Shown: positions 29,123 to 41,421 of the stretch, in pieces
Position numbering within the stretch: position 1 is the stretch's first letter
How the letters are laid out: every line of letters begins with the position of its first letter
Source of the DNA: Octopus vulgaris
Taxonomy: Eukaryota
DNA length: 64,000 nt
NCBI GenBank assembly: GCA_951406725.2
Contig: OX597823.1
Span: forward strand, 93,682,001 to 93,746,000
Direction of reading: 5' to 3'
Translations under genes and position numbers: made by a program
The notes under the pieces: generated by a model
What the model saw: only the letters and a program-made list of their open reading frames with translations
Told to the model about the DNA's origin: nothing
The model's database searches: none

Positions 29123-29124
<2 letters not shown>
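28722..29124 (-). mobile_element. SINE family A, full-length, young copy within (TA)n
   Basis: Complete head to tail; reverse complement of the 438-838 family. Confidence 0.9.
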
Positions 29125-29172
<48 letters not shown>

Positions 29173-29338
29173 ACATACTCTAATGACTAATTCGTTTTTG
29201 TACTAGGCCACTGGTAATAATAATTTCTTATTACCCTATTGTTATTTATATATACATACACACACATATGCATATATGGGTACATGACGTCGCAAACAGT
29301 AAACACATTTGCTTTCGTATTTCATGTTCTTTAGTCTT

Positions 29339-29377
<39 letters not shown>

Positions 29378-29573
29378 GAATATATTTTATGTAATTTTCT
29401 AGATGGTGTGATTTAATTGTTCATTTTGAATTGATGAAAGGTGTTTTTTTCTAATTTATATATATATATATATTTTATTTTGTGAAATTTTATTTAGTAT
29501 TTCTAAATTGAATTTTATTTAGTATTTCTAAATTGAATTTTTTCCCTGTAAGTTAGGAATAATATTCCCTCAA

Positions 29574-29617
<44 letters not shown>

Positions 29618-29621
<4 letters not shown>

Positions 29622-29826
29622 TAGTTTTATTTTTATAGCGTGCTTTCACTTCACTACTGAGCGCAGCTCTGTGTGCCTTGGGTATGTGCTGTGATTTGTT
29701 GTGATGCTCTGATGGTTATTGTATGGAAAGTGTTCTGCGTAGGATGTGTGCAGTGCCTTGTAGTGCAATTTTCTGTATGTTATATGTGTTTGTAAGTCCT
29801 GGTGTTTTGTTATGTATTTGTCTGAA

Positions 29827-29827
<1 letters not shown>
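29618..29827 (-). mobile_element. R4/Dong-type LINE extreme 3' end, flanked by (ATT)n on both sides
   Basis: IQKIALQGTAHILRRTLSIQ* plus 3' UTR shared with 58360-58470. Confidence 0.8.
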
Positions 29828-29917
<90 letters not shown>

Positions 29918-29929
29918 CATATATATATA

Positions 29930-30405
29930 GAAAGCCAAAATTGCAAGAGGTCACAGAATTAACAGAAGGTATTAATATATATGTATTAGTACCCTCAGTC
30001 ACTTTTGAGACCTCTATAAATGTTGCCTTTAGGTTCTAATTGCTAATAAGTCGCCTCTTTAATTTGTTGTTTACATATTTACTGTTTTGGAAGTCAGCAC
30101 GCGTTTTCAACTGTTTATCTTATAAGACAAACAGAGATAGTTGAGTTTATAAGCCTAGGAATTAAGAGCCGCTGATGAGGATTAAGATGGTCTACATCCA
30201 AATCCGAAATCGCGTTCAGTCTATGCACTCTGGGACCTAACCTCCCTTTGTCAGGGATTTAAAAACAATGTGTTTATGGCTTTGGGTTAGTTTAAATATT
30301 TTCTTTAGCAAAAACCGGTGCGTCACAGTACACTCCCTCTCTTTTGTAACCGCCATGAATTTTGAGTTTAGGTTCTAATTGCTAATAAGCCACAGTCTTT
30401 AAGTT
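29930..30405 (+). mobile_element. PLE pLTR-like unit: 5' hairpin, ~340-bp period, partly eroded hammerhead
   Basis: Imperfect fold-back 29931-30030; TTTAGGTTCTAATTGCTAATAAG at 30028 and 30368; CTGATGA-GGAT...ATCC-GAAA-TCGCG-TT at 30172-30216. Confidence 0.65.
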
Positions 30406-31034
30406 ATATATATATATGTGTGTGTTTGTGTGTGTGTGTGCCAAGAAAGTGTGGCGTCCTATACAGGACATTGCTAGGACGCGACACTTTGTTGACAAAT
30501 ATATGTTGCGGTTCCGTAGAGTTCCTGATCATATCTCGCTCAGAGATTTAATGTAACGTTCTCTCTCTTCACTTTCTCGTTCTCCCCCTCTCCCTCTCTC
30601 TCTCTGTATATATATATTCATGTATGCATGTATGTAAGTATGTAAGTATGTATGTATGAATATATATGTATATATATGTGAATATATATTTGTCTCATGA
30701 GACAGACGGAATATGGAAGATACAGAGACGTAGTTGATTACTACAATTGTTTCGTTTATGTAAAATCGATCCCTCCCAGGTGGGATTCTGAATGTAATGT
30801 AATTCTTTTCTTATTAGATTCTTATGTAAATCAATGTTGACAATGTAAATGTTACTTGTTTTCCATCTGCTACAAGCATCCCTGGAGTTTTCTCGTAGTC
30901 ATCAAGTAATTTCGTAAGATTTTCTTGGTGTTTGTTGTCTCTTCTGGGGTTCTTCCTGCATCTCACATTCTTAACTATATTATAGAATTCCTCTTCGAAT
31001 CTGATTATGTGTTGGTCGGTCGGTGGATTTTTTC

Positions 31035-31975
31035 CTTGTTGCCTGCAGCCTACGGTGCCTTTGTTTTCAGCTACCTAATACATTCCTGGTTGTTCTGACT
31101 GAGTCAAGGATGCAAAACGTTTGTAACGGTTCTACTGGGCACTTTATTCCAATTTCATTGATATTACTCTTGATGTCTTCTGATACTGTTCCAAAGGCCC
31201 CAAATATAATTGGCACTCTTTTCACCCTCATTTCATTTTCCATAGTCAGGTTATTTCGTACTTAAAAGTGTTGAATCTATCTATATTTTCGCCTTCTTTC
31301 TTGATTATTCGTGGGTCGAAATGGCATGCAAGTATAGGATATAAGCTATATAGCATATGTGGTGCGCCTTGTCCAACACAACTAGGTCCGGTCTGTTATG
31401 CTCTAGCACCTGATCTGTTTGGTTTGAGAAATCCCAGACGATTTTGATAGTCTCCAACTCTTCCGTACTTTGCGGTTTGTGCTCATACCATGTCTTGCCT
31501 CTCTCTAGCCCCCACTTTTCGCACAGTTTCCAATTATGCACTTTCGCTATTTGGTCATGTTCCCACAATTAGCAGTGTTTTGCGGCAAGTCGTAGGCATT
31601 CGTTCGTGATATGGACAATGCTTCATCCACTCTGTTACAGATGCGGCACAGCGGGGACACTTGATCACTCTTAAGGTTTGCTCTCCAATTTATAGCCAGT
31701 ATTGCGCTGCCAGTATAATGCTCTCGGTCTCGTTTTTAGTGTTCTTTTCTTCAGCCAATCCCACCTACTTTTTCCAGCAACTTCTGTTGTGACTGCATGG
31801 AATTGATTGTGTGTCCCTTCCCGCCTAAGTCTTCTTCATATCCTTTTTGAACTTCTTCCCTTGTTTTTCATTTTTTCTCTGATTCCAATACTCCTTTGCT
31901 CCAAACTTTCACTAGCAAGGTTTCTTTACTTTCGGCTAGGTATCTCATTAAGCTCTCGAGTTCGATACACACACA
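31035..31975 (-). mobile_element. R4/Dong-type LINE 3' fragment
   Basis: CRIC zinc knuckle, HDQIAKVHNWKLCEKW, IVWDFSNQTDQVLEHNRPDLVVLDK; same family as 57460-58356. Confidence 0.8.
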
Positions 31976-32298
31976 GCCTGCTCGTAAAATTAGCATGCAA
32001 GTGGCTAAGCACTCCATAGACACGTGTAACCTTAACGTAATTTCTCGGGGAGATTCAGCTTGACACAGGGTCTGACAAGGCTGGCTTTTCAAATAGATGT
32101 ACAACAGAAATTGAAAGAAATGGTGAGAGAACGTTGTAGTTAAAGAGTATAGCAGGGTCCGCCACCACTCCCTGCCGGAACCTCGTGGGTTTTTTGGTGT
32201 TTTCGCTTAATAAATACTCACAAAGCCCAGTCGGGGAATAGAAACCGCGATCCGACAACTTCGAGTCCGCTGCCCTAACCACTGGGCAATTGCACCTC
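31975..32298 (-). mobile_element. tRNA-derived SINE related to family B
   Basis: Minus head GGTGCAATTGCCCAGTGGTTAGGGCAGCGGACTCG...GGTTTCTATTCC; tail shared with 33950-34050. Confidence 0.7.
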
Positions 32299-32686
32299 CA
32301 CTGTCCATTATATAAGCGTTACATGTATTAAGTGATTTTATTAGCAAAGAGTCAAATGTATGAGAAGTATTGGCATACAGAAGACCCAAGGTGGCAGGTA
32401 ACGCTCTGTAAGTGCTATGGAAGGACCGTAGTTATACTCTCGGTTCGATAATGATACGAGTGAGGAGTCTAATGCGGGTCTTGTATGAGCATGTATATAA
32501 ATATATATGTATATCGTTAACGTAATATGATGTAAGAGCGAATTGATAATACAGAGAAAATCAAACTAATACTTCTTAGATCAAACATATGAAATATCTA
32601 TTTAATGTAATAAGTTTATTTTATTAACTTATTTGAACGTGTATTCATTTGTTGCCAGTTTACGCTCAACATACACATACACTTTA

Positions 32687-33234
32687 TATTGGATTGTCCG
32701 GAAAGTTCATCAAAGTTCGTGCTGATTTATAGTAGCTTGCCTTTGGACTTGTTTTAGAACATGGTTGCGCCCATAAAATAGGATCTGACTACACCTCCAT
32801 TTATAGAGCAGTTTAATCTATCTTTTCGTGGAAGAAGGTTTATGTTCCTATAACCCGTGTTAATTCTGTTATCCTTTAAAACGGAAGATAAGAAAGTTCA
32901 TTTTTGGCACTTGATGCTTTGAGAGCCAGACAAAAATTGCTGCCGCTCAGCAGGGATGTGTTACCCTACCCTTCGTATTCATCAGATATTGCTCCTTCGG
33001 ATTTCCACTTATTCAGGTCTCTGCAGGATAGTCTTAATGGTAAAAATTTGATGAATTCTTTGCCATGAAACCACCTTAATTCTGGGAAGAGGGTATTTTC
33101 AAGTTAAAGGAAAGATTGATACGCATTGTACAACAAAATGGTTCATATTTGGTTGATTAAAAATGTAATGGCAAGTACTTATTAACCTTTTTTTGCCTTT
33201 AAAGATCGGCACGAACTTTCCGGACAACGTAATA
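32687..33234 (+). mobile_element. non-autonomous mariner (~550 bp) with TIRs
   Basis: TIRs TATTGGATTGTCCGGAAAGTTC / GAACTTTCCGGACAACGTAATA; internal LPYPSYSSDIAPSDFHLFRSLQ (YSPDLAP motif). Confidence 0.85.
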
Positions 33235-33583
33235 TTTGTGTTTGTGCGAGTGCGAGTGTGTGTGCGCGCGCACGGTTTGTTAGACCTTCAATGGAAACAG
33301 TCGGTTCAACTACATTGTAATAAAGTGTGGCTTTTTGCACTTTGAACAAACGTTTCTCTATTCATCACCGATGAGTGTAACATATTTGGTTAAATAAATC
33401 TAGGCTCCGCGATTGTTAAAGTCAAGATACTATTTTATGAGAAACTATTTTAAAATTGAATTTTAAAATGTTGGTTAATGTTTCCCCATTTTCATAAAGG
33501 TTAAAGAACAAAAAACTATGGCATTACGTCAATTTGAATAAAGAGAGCTATGTTACTGGTAGTAACATATTAGCAACACAGGA

Positions 33584-33728
33584 GCGGCTGTGTCTTAAGC
33601 AGCACGCTTCCCAACCACATGATTCTGGGTTCAGTCCCACGTGCCATGCAAGTGTCTTCTACTATAGCCTTGGGCTGACCAAAGCGTTGGGAGCGGATTT
33701 GAATCACGGAAACCAAAAGAAGCCCGTT
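33584..33728 (+). mobile_element. SINE family A 5' part
   Basis: GCTTCCCAACCACATGATTCTGGGTTCAGTCCCAC...AAGAAGCCCGT. Confidence 0.7.
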
Positions 33729-33781
33729 ATATAAAAGATGCATATATACATGGACTTGCGCACGTGAGTGTGTGTAGTGAA

Positions 33782-34101
33782 GGCGCATGGCTTAGTGGTA
33801 AGGGCATTCGGCTCACGATTGTAAGGTCGTGAATTCAATTCCCGGCCACGGGTTATGTCCTTGAGCAAGACACTTTATTTCACGTTGCTCCACTCCACTC
33901 GGCTGGCAAAAATGAATTGTAGCTGTATTTCAAAGGGCCGGCCTTGTCACACTTTGTGTCACGCTGAATCTCCCTGAGAACTACGTTAGGGGTACGCGTG
34001 TCTGTGGATTCCTCAGTCACTTGCACGTTAATTTCACGAGCAAGGTGTTCCGTTGATCGTATCAGCTGGGACCCTGGTCGTTGTAACTGACGGAGTGCTC
34101 C

Positions 34102-34103
<2 letters not shown>
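33782..34103 (+). mobile_element. tRNA-derived SINE family B
   Basis: GGCGCATGGCTTAGTGGTAAGG...GAATTCAATTCCCGG; body homologous to 15426 and to 36430-36725. Confidence 0.85.
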
Positions 34104-34177
<74 letters not shown>

Positions 34178-34764
34178 TGTGTGTATGACGTTGGTGTGTT
34201 CAGGACCCCGTACGCACTAAGTTCGATTACTTTGAGTAAAAGTTCTTTGTGGCGGTGCTCCAGTATTGCCAAAGTGAAATGATTGAAAATAGTAGAAGCT
34301 TATGATTCAGGCATCTACAAGAAGCAACCATTACTTTCTGGCCTGTTTGAAATCGAACCAGAAGGTACACTTATACCCTGGTACACCCAAGTATTGAAAC
34401 CAAAATATAACGATCGCCCTCCTTTTAGTCGGATGATAATTGCTAGAGCTGAAAGACCAGCGAAGCCTTTAGTTTTATTTTAGCTTAGGTATTATCTAAA
34501 ATATCCTATGCCATCACTTTCATAACAATAGATTAAAAATGTATGACGACGGCAATACACAGTTCGGAGATAGACATTCCGTTGCGTAATATATTGTATA
34601 TTGTATATTCGCAAACGCACGCACACATTCACACACACGCTCGAACACACACATACGTTTATGTATATATGTATGTGTGTCTGTGTGTGTGTGTACACCT
34701 CGAGGTAACATAACATATACATATATACAATCAGTACATTCACGATATCGGTAATGTGTATACA

Positions 34765-35358
34765 TATAGATAGATAGACAGGTAGATAGATTGATAGATA
34801 AGTAGGTAGGTAGGTATGTAGGTAGGTAGATAGGTAGGTAGGTAGATAGATAGATAGATAGGGAGCTAGATAGGCAGACAGATAGATACATAGATAGATA
34901 TGTAGGTAGATAGGTATGTAGATAGATAGACAGGCATATATGTATATATACATACAGAGACAGACAGACATACATAAATAGCCATACTTACATACAAACA
35001 CAAACACATATCTATGCGTATATATATATGTGTATATATATATAAATATATATATATATACATATATATGTATATATATTTATATATATACATATATATA
35101 TACATATATATACATATATATACATATATATATATATATATTGATATATATATACATATATATATACAGACTGACAGACATATGTTCACACGTATATAAA
35201 TACACACACTCACTATGTGTGGGTGTGCGAGCATCTGTGTGTATATATATAAAAATGGTTGCCTTTTACGGTCGTATGTCTAAATAGATGTCTCCTTAAT
35301 AAATAGACATGTATGTGTCTGTATGTAGGTAACTAAGCAAACTTATATACACGCTTTC

Positions 35359-35429
<71 letters not shown>

Positions 35430-35434
35430 ATATA

Positions 35435-35505
<71 letters not shown>

Positions 35506-35510
35506 ATTTA
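34765..35510. repeat. (GATA)n/(GGTA)n/(TA)n microsatellites
   Basis: Direct reading. Confidence 0.9.
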
Positions 35511-35914
35511 TATATTTATGTATATGATATAGTCAGTGTCTATTTGTGTCTGTGAGTGTACATATTTGTACATCCTTGCGTGCGATGCGTGTGCCTTCGT
35601 CTGCGTGTGCGTACGTGTGCGTGTGCGTGTTTGTGTGTTTGTGTGTGTGTAACATAAAGTAGGAGCAGCTATTTCAGAAGAATTAGCTGCGAGTCACAAA
35701 TGTTCCACTGCAATTAATTTGAATTATTGTAGAATACAATGGAGAGATCTTTTATCAACTTTTGTCTGCTGCTGCTGCTACTGCTGCTGCTGCTTGTGGG
35801 AAGAGGGTGGGTTATGGAGGTATTCCGAGATAGGAGAATTCCGCTTATGATGGCAATATGTAATGTAAAGTCTACAATACAGACATAACGCCAGTTCAAC
35901 CCTTTAGTTTTAGT

Positions 35915-36237
35915 TGCTGCTGCTGCCGCTGATGATGATGATGATGAGGAGGAGGAGGAGGAGGAGGGGGAGGAGGAGGGGGATGATGATGATGATGATG
36001 GTGGTGGTGATGGTGGTGGTGGTGGTGGTGGTGGTGGTGGTGGTGGTGGTGTCGGTGGTGTCGATGATAATGATGGTGAGGCTGATGAAAATGACAGATG
36101 ACAACAGCAACGCCGACGCCATAGATCACCATCATCGTCAAGAAAATCATGATTTTGATCATCATCATCATCATCATCATCATCATCTTCGTCATCATCA
36201 TCAACATTATCATCATCATCATCATCATCATCATCAT
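35915..36237. repeat. compound (GAT)n/(GAG)n/(GTG)n/(CAT)n trinucleotide repeat
   Basis: Direct reading. Confidence 0.9.
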
Positions 36238-36429
36238 ATTTACTCATAATTGTTCTGTTAATTGTGTCCAATATAACTTTCACAATGAAAAATAATGGTT
36301 AATTAAACAACGGAAGGAAGACTACTAACGGAGGAGATTAAGTAAAGACAAACTAAAGTGGTGCTGTTTATCTAAGAATTGCAGAAGATAATTCCCGTTT
36401 TGTATATTTTAGAACCACCACCCAACAGG

Positions 36430-36725
36430 TACTCCGTCGGTTACGACAACGAGGGTCCCAATTAATCGAACCGACGAAACAGCTTACTCGTCGGATCAAC
36501 GAGCAAGTGGTTGATCACTCCACAAACACTCGTACCCTTAACGTAGTTCTCAGGGAGATTCAGTATGACAAAGAATGTGACAAGGCCCTTTTAAATTACA
36601 GGTACCCCTCATTTTTGCCGGCTGATTGACCTGGAGTAACTGGAGATAAAGTGTCTTGCCCAAGGATATAACGCGCTACCGGTAACTGAACCCGAAACCT
36701 TATGATCGTGAACAGAATACCCTAA
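36430..36725 (-). mobile_element. SINE family B, diverged
   Basis: Reverse complement of 33790-34100. Confidence 0.75.
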
Positions 36726-38178
36726 CATCGATGCCTCTTGCCTTCAACAAACAGATGCAAAACTATCGATCGAGCCATCTACGAAAACGGTAACACCTGA
36801 ACAGCTCCTATATTCGGTCTCTATCATAACCCCAATAGAGCCATTGGCATGTATTAGCATATATTTGTCAGATATGTAGAATTATAATCAAAGAGAGCAT
36901 TAGGCAATAGTTTCTGTGATTGAACTGTCTGATCGATTCCAGCTGTGTTTTCAATAATCATGCTTGTTTATGTGTGAACTGCAACCTGTGAACTGTAACC
37001 GAGAAGTTAAATGTGACTACAACCGTAGTAAAATTTAAACATAAAATGCACTTCAAGTCGAGAAGCAGCGGCATGCATAAAGCTAACTGTTTGCTGACTA
37101 GTTCAAGTTGAATATAAACTATGGAGTTCAAACTGAGCAATAACAGTAGTCTTTATGTATTAATTGCAACGCTTGACATAACTACAACGGTTATGAATTC
37201 GTTAACATTTTTACATCTAATAAATAATACAAAAATGCAACAGTTAAGTTACATATTGTCGGTGGTTGTGGAATATTTCGCAACATAGGAATATTTGCCA
37301 CAAGATACATTTGTTATATGCCCAACGATAAAGCAAATCATATCAGTATTATATATTTAATAAAAGAAAATGATGAAAAGTATTATAAAAGAATTAAACT
37401 GTCACGCTTTAATCAACATCAAACATTAAAAAATAAACCTGATGATGTTATTTAAAACGTATGGCAATTTCAAGCCTTGTTCTACAAATAATCTACATCT
37501 TGCTACGGATTGTATGGAAGCATTTGTATCTGGAGTCTTTTAATGTTTGACATGAATAAAGACTTACCTCTTTAATGCTTTTATAAAACCATTTATCATT
37601 CTATTTTTTTTTAAATGCTATCGTAATACACTTTAACCAAGAGGTGAATGTTCTTACAATGAATTGGTCTAAATCAGATTTTTCCACGACAAAAATATTT
37701 AAGGCTAATTGCTCGGACGCGACTGTAGGTATATGTCCACGATACAAATAGTGAATTCAATTATGGTCAGGAATTATAATCCTAATGAATAATTTGTTCA
37801 AGTTTGCGTGTGGTCAACACGAATTCGAATGGATATAATAGGACCATGCGTTGCTGAGAGGGTTATGGCGTAGCGGTCAGAACATACTGCGTTCCTTATG
37901 CATTTTTAGACATATGTGAGGCGCGACCTCATCACACACGAACAGAAATATTTACGAAATGAGAAGAGACGAGGGGCAAGGCTGCAATTTTGATTATCGA
38001 TCTTGAAAGGATCAAAGGCAAATTTACCCTTGCTGAGATTTGAATTCAGAGTATTGTTACAATTACAGAAATCATCTGGCCCTCATTCTAAAAGCTTAGA
38101 TAATTGACCATCCATATATATAACTTCCATAGTAGCTTACTCTCCGTAACTTACAAAACCTTTCTGCTTTGTTTACAA

Positions 38179-38237
<59 letters not shown>

Positions 38238-38360
38238 AGGGATACTCCAAAACTATTACCCGTGCTGGTCTCTGTAAGGTGGTTTATAAATTAAAGAATT
38301 AAATGTAATATTATGCAACTTCGTAGTAATCCATATTGTTAATATTGTATATATATATAT

Positions 38361-38488
38361 ATACAAAATTTAGAGGATTGACCACTAAAAAATGGACAGC
38401 TTATATGCTAGATATAGACGTCAAAATCGTCTATATCCAGCATATAGGGTGTCCATTTTTTTAGTGGTCAGTCCTCTAAATTTTGTAT
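38361..38488. repeat. imperfect ~60-bp-arm hairpin starting an insertion in (TA)n
   Basis: ATACAAAATTTAGAGGATTGACCACTAAAA...TTTTAGTGGTCAGTCCTCTAAATTTTGTAT. Confidence 0.9.
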
Positions 38489-38590
38489 GTAAAAAAATTT
38501 TGAATCTTCAGATATTTTTTTTTAAATATGCTAGGCCACTGGTTTTTATTGATTAATATCAATTTCTACCCTTATTTAATTTTATATGTA

Positions 38591-38663
<73 letters not shown>

Positions 38664-38759
38664 GTGTGTGTGTGTGTGTGTTGTGTGTGTGTGTAAAATC
38701 CATGCACCAGTGTGTAGGAGGTCAGTAAGCTTCGAGCAGTTAGTGAGCTTCCGAGGTCC

Positions 38760-39000
38760 TGCTCGCTATGAGTCCTATGCAGCCTGTTCCATGTATGTCT
38801 TCTCGTGCATAGACTTGCATGAAATAAACGTACTCATATATACTTAAATGATAAACTTCTGGAAAGTTTTACAGGCTTTTACAGTTCCAGTGATGGTTTG
38901 AATAAACTTTCTCCTTTCTGGTTTTGGGAAGCCTAATCTCTGAGCATTGATATTTAGGCAGTGTGTTACACATCCCAGTGCTCCCCCAAAATACAATGTC
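38760..39000 (-). mobile_element. REL-type (R2/R4 superfamily) LINE 3' fragment
   Basis: GGALGCVTHCLNINAQRLGF...ITGTVKACKTFQKF resembles the terminal GALG region of REL ORFs. Confidence 0.55.
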
Positions 39001-39197
39001 ATGGTTTTATGTTTACATTTTATTAAGGTTTTCACTACAACCTTCCTCCAGTACTGTAGTGTACTAGCCACAAACATCATCTCTTATCGGTAGATAATAC
39101 ATTTTAATAATAGAATTACAGATAATAATAGAATGACCTTTTCGAACAACTGCTTATGATGGGCGTGAAACTTAACTCCACAAAGTCTGCATCGGTT

Positions 39198-39411
39198 ACT
39201 CTTTACTCTTTTACTTGTTTCAGTCATTTAACTGTGGCCATGCTGTAGCACCGCCTTTAGTCGAACAAATCGACCCAGGACTTACTCTTTATAAGCCTAG
39301 TACTTATTCTATCGGTCTCTTTTTTCCAAAACGGTAAGTTACAGGGACGTAAACACACCTCCATCGGTTGTCAAGAGATGTTGGCGGGGACAAAAACAGA
39401 CACACAAACAT

Positions 39412-39420
<9 letters not shown>
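39198..39420 (-). mobile_element. SINE family A 3' half (host of the ribozyme array)
   Basis: Continues as the 5' half at 41422-41585 across the insertion. Confidence 0.85.
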
Positions 39421-39444
<24 letters not shown>

Positions 39445-39673
39445 CATAATTAATCAATATAGGGTGGCAAAAAATTTCGTAGAATTTATTTGCCACCAGC
39501 GGCCTAGTGGGAAAAAATTAAATAGTCATAGACCATTTATAAGTTCAACATCACAATCAAGGAATGGCCATAATAGGCCATTCACCCACTAGAAATAACA
39601 GCCAAAGCTTCAACCGCAAAATAACATTAATTCCGCAAACCAGTAGAAAATTAAAAAAACATTTACCCTGTAA

Positions 39674-39778
39674 TTTCTTATACGATGCACCGTTTCATCT
39701 ATTGTTTAATGGTAAACTAACCTGATTAAATTAAATCAAGCCAATCTTCCATAGGCCGATAGATTCGTCAGTAAGAAA
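39674..39778 (-). ncRNA. type I hammerhead ribozyme (inverted array copy)
   Basis: Reverse complement of 40127-40231. Confidence 0.85.
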
Positions 39779-40126
39779 CAGCCAGATCCGAGCAGATATT
39801 ATCACGAGGCACCTCTATCCCTGCCTCGGCAATATCTGACCTAAAATTTTCAAATCATCGCACTCGCGCCAAATTTATCGGCAGCAAATATAAGCCGCCG
39901 ATTCCATTACGGAATTAGCCGCTGGTGGCAAATAAATTCTACGAAATTTTTTGCCACCCTATATTGATTAATTATGAATTTTCTGGTTAAATCCGTAATG
40001 GAATCGGCGGCTTATATTTGCTGCCGATAAATTTGGCGCGAGTGCGATGATTTGAAAATTTTAGGTCAGATATTGCCGAGGCAGGGATAGAGGTGCCTCG
40101 TGATAATATCTGCTCGGATCTGGCTG

Positions 40127-40231
40127 TTTCTTACTGACGAATCTATCGGCCTATGGAAGATTGGCTTGATTTAATTTAATCAGGTTAGTTTACCATTAAA
40201 CAATAGATGAAACGGTGCATCGTATAAGAAA
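40127..40231 (+). ncRNA. type I hammerhead ribozyme with branched stem II
   Basis: TTTCTTA-CTGACGA-ATCTAT...ATAGAT-GAAA-CGGTGCATCG-TA-TAAGAAA; predicted cleavage after 40224. Confidence 0.9.
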
Positions 40232-40611
40232 TTACAGGGTAAATGTTTTTTTTAATTTTCTACTGGTTTGCGGAATTAATGTTATTTTGCGGTTGAAGCT
40301 TTGGCTGTTATTTCTAGTGGGTGAATGGCCTATTATGGCCATTCCTTGATTGTGATGTTGAACTTATAAATGGTCTATGACTATTTAATTTTTTCCCACT
40401 AGGCCGCTGGTGGCAAATAAATTCTACGAAATTTTTTGCCACCCTATATTGATTAATTATGAATTTTCTGGTTAATTCCGTAATGGAATCGGCGGCTTAT
40501 ATTTGCTGCCGATAAATTTGGCGCGAGTGCGATGATTTGAAAATTTTAGGTCAGATATTGCCGAGACAGGGATAGAGGTGCCTCGTGATAATATCTGCTC
40601 GGATCTGGCTG

Positions 40612-40716
40612 TTTCTTACTGACGAATCTATCGGCCTATGGAAGATTGGCTTGATTTAATTTAATCAGGTTAGTTTACCATTAAACAATAGATGAAACGG
40701 TGCATCGTATAAGAAA
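40612..40716 (+). ncRNA. type I hammerhead ribozyme (array copy 2)
   Basis: Same sequence as 40127-40231. Confidence 0.9.
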
Positions 40717-41095
40717 TTACAGGGTAAATGTTTTTTTAATTTTCTACTGGTTTGCGGAATTAATGTTATTTTGCGGTTGAAGCTTTGGCTGTTATTTCTA
40801 GTGGGTGAATGGCCTATTATGGCCATTCCTTGATTGTGATGTTGAACTTATAAATGGTCTATGACTATTTAATTTTTTCCCACTAGGCCGCTGGTGGCAA
40901 ATAAATTCTACGAAATTTTTTGCCACCCTATATTGATTAATTATGAATTTTCTGGTTAATTCCGTAATGGAATCGGCGGCTTATATTTGCTGCCGATAAA
41001 TTTGGCGCGAGTGCGATGATTTGAAAATTTTAGGTCAGATATTGCCGAGGCAGGGATAGAGGTGCCTCGTGATAATATCTGCTCGGATCTGGCTG

Positions 41096-41200
41096 TTTCT
41101 TACTGACGAATCTATCGGCCTATGGAAGATTGGCTTGATTTAATTTAATCAGGTTAGTTTACCATTAAACAATAGATGAAACGGTGCATCGTATAAGAAA
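41096..41200 (+). ncRNA. type I hammerhead ribozyme (array copy 3)
   Basis: Same sequence as 40127-40231. Confidence 0.9.
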
Positions 41201-41322
41201 TTACAGGGTAAATGTTTTTTTAATTTTCTAATGGTTTGCGGAATTAATGTTATTTTGCGGTTGAAGCTTTGGCTGTTATTTCTAGTGGGTGAATGGCCTA
41301 TTATGGCCATTCCTTGATTGTG

Positions 41323-41403
<81 letters not shown>

Positions 41404-41421
41404 CATATGTATATAAATATA

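Larger units (their letters stand above)
39445..41324. mobile_element. retrozyme-like / PLE pLTR array: one inverted unit (39445-39917) plus ~2.9 direct units of 485/484 bp (39918-41324)
   Basis: Near-identical units, one hammerhead each, no meaningful ORF, (TA)n at both ends. Confidence 0.9.

Noticed and set aside
35714-36283. 189-aa Asp/Pro/Ser-rich ORF
   Set aside because: Made of trinucleotide repeats open in several frames; no splice or domain support
39445-41324. CRISPR array or simple satellite interpretation
   Set aside because: No repeat-spacer pattern; long identical units with ribozymes in eukaryotic DNA
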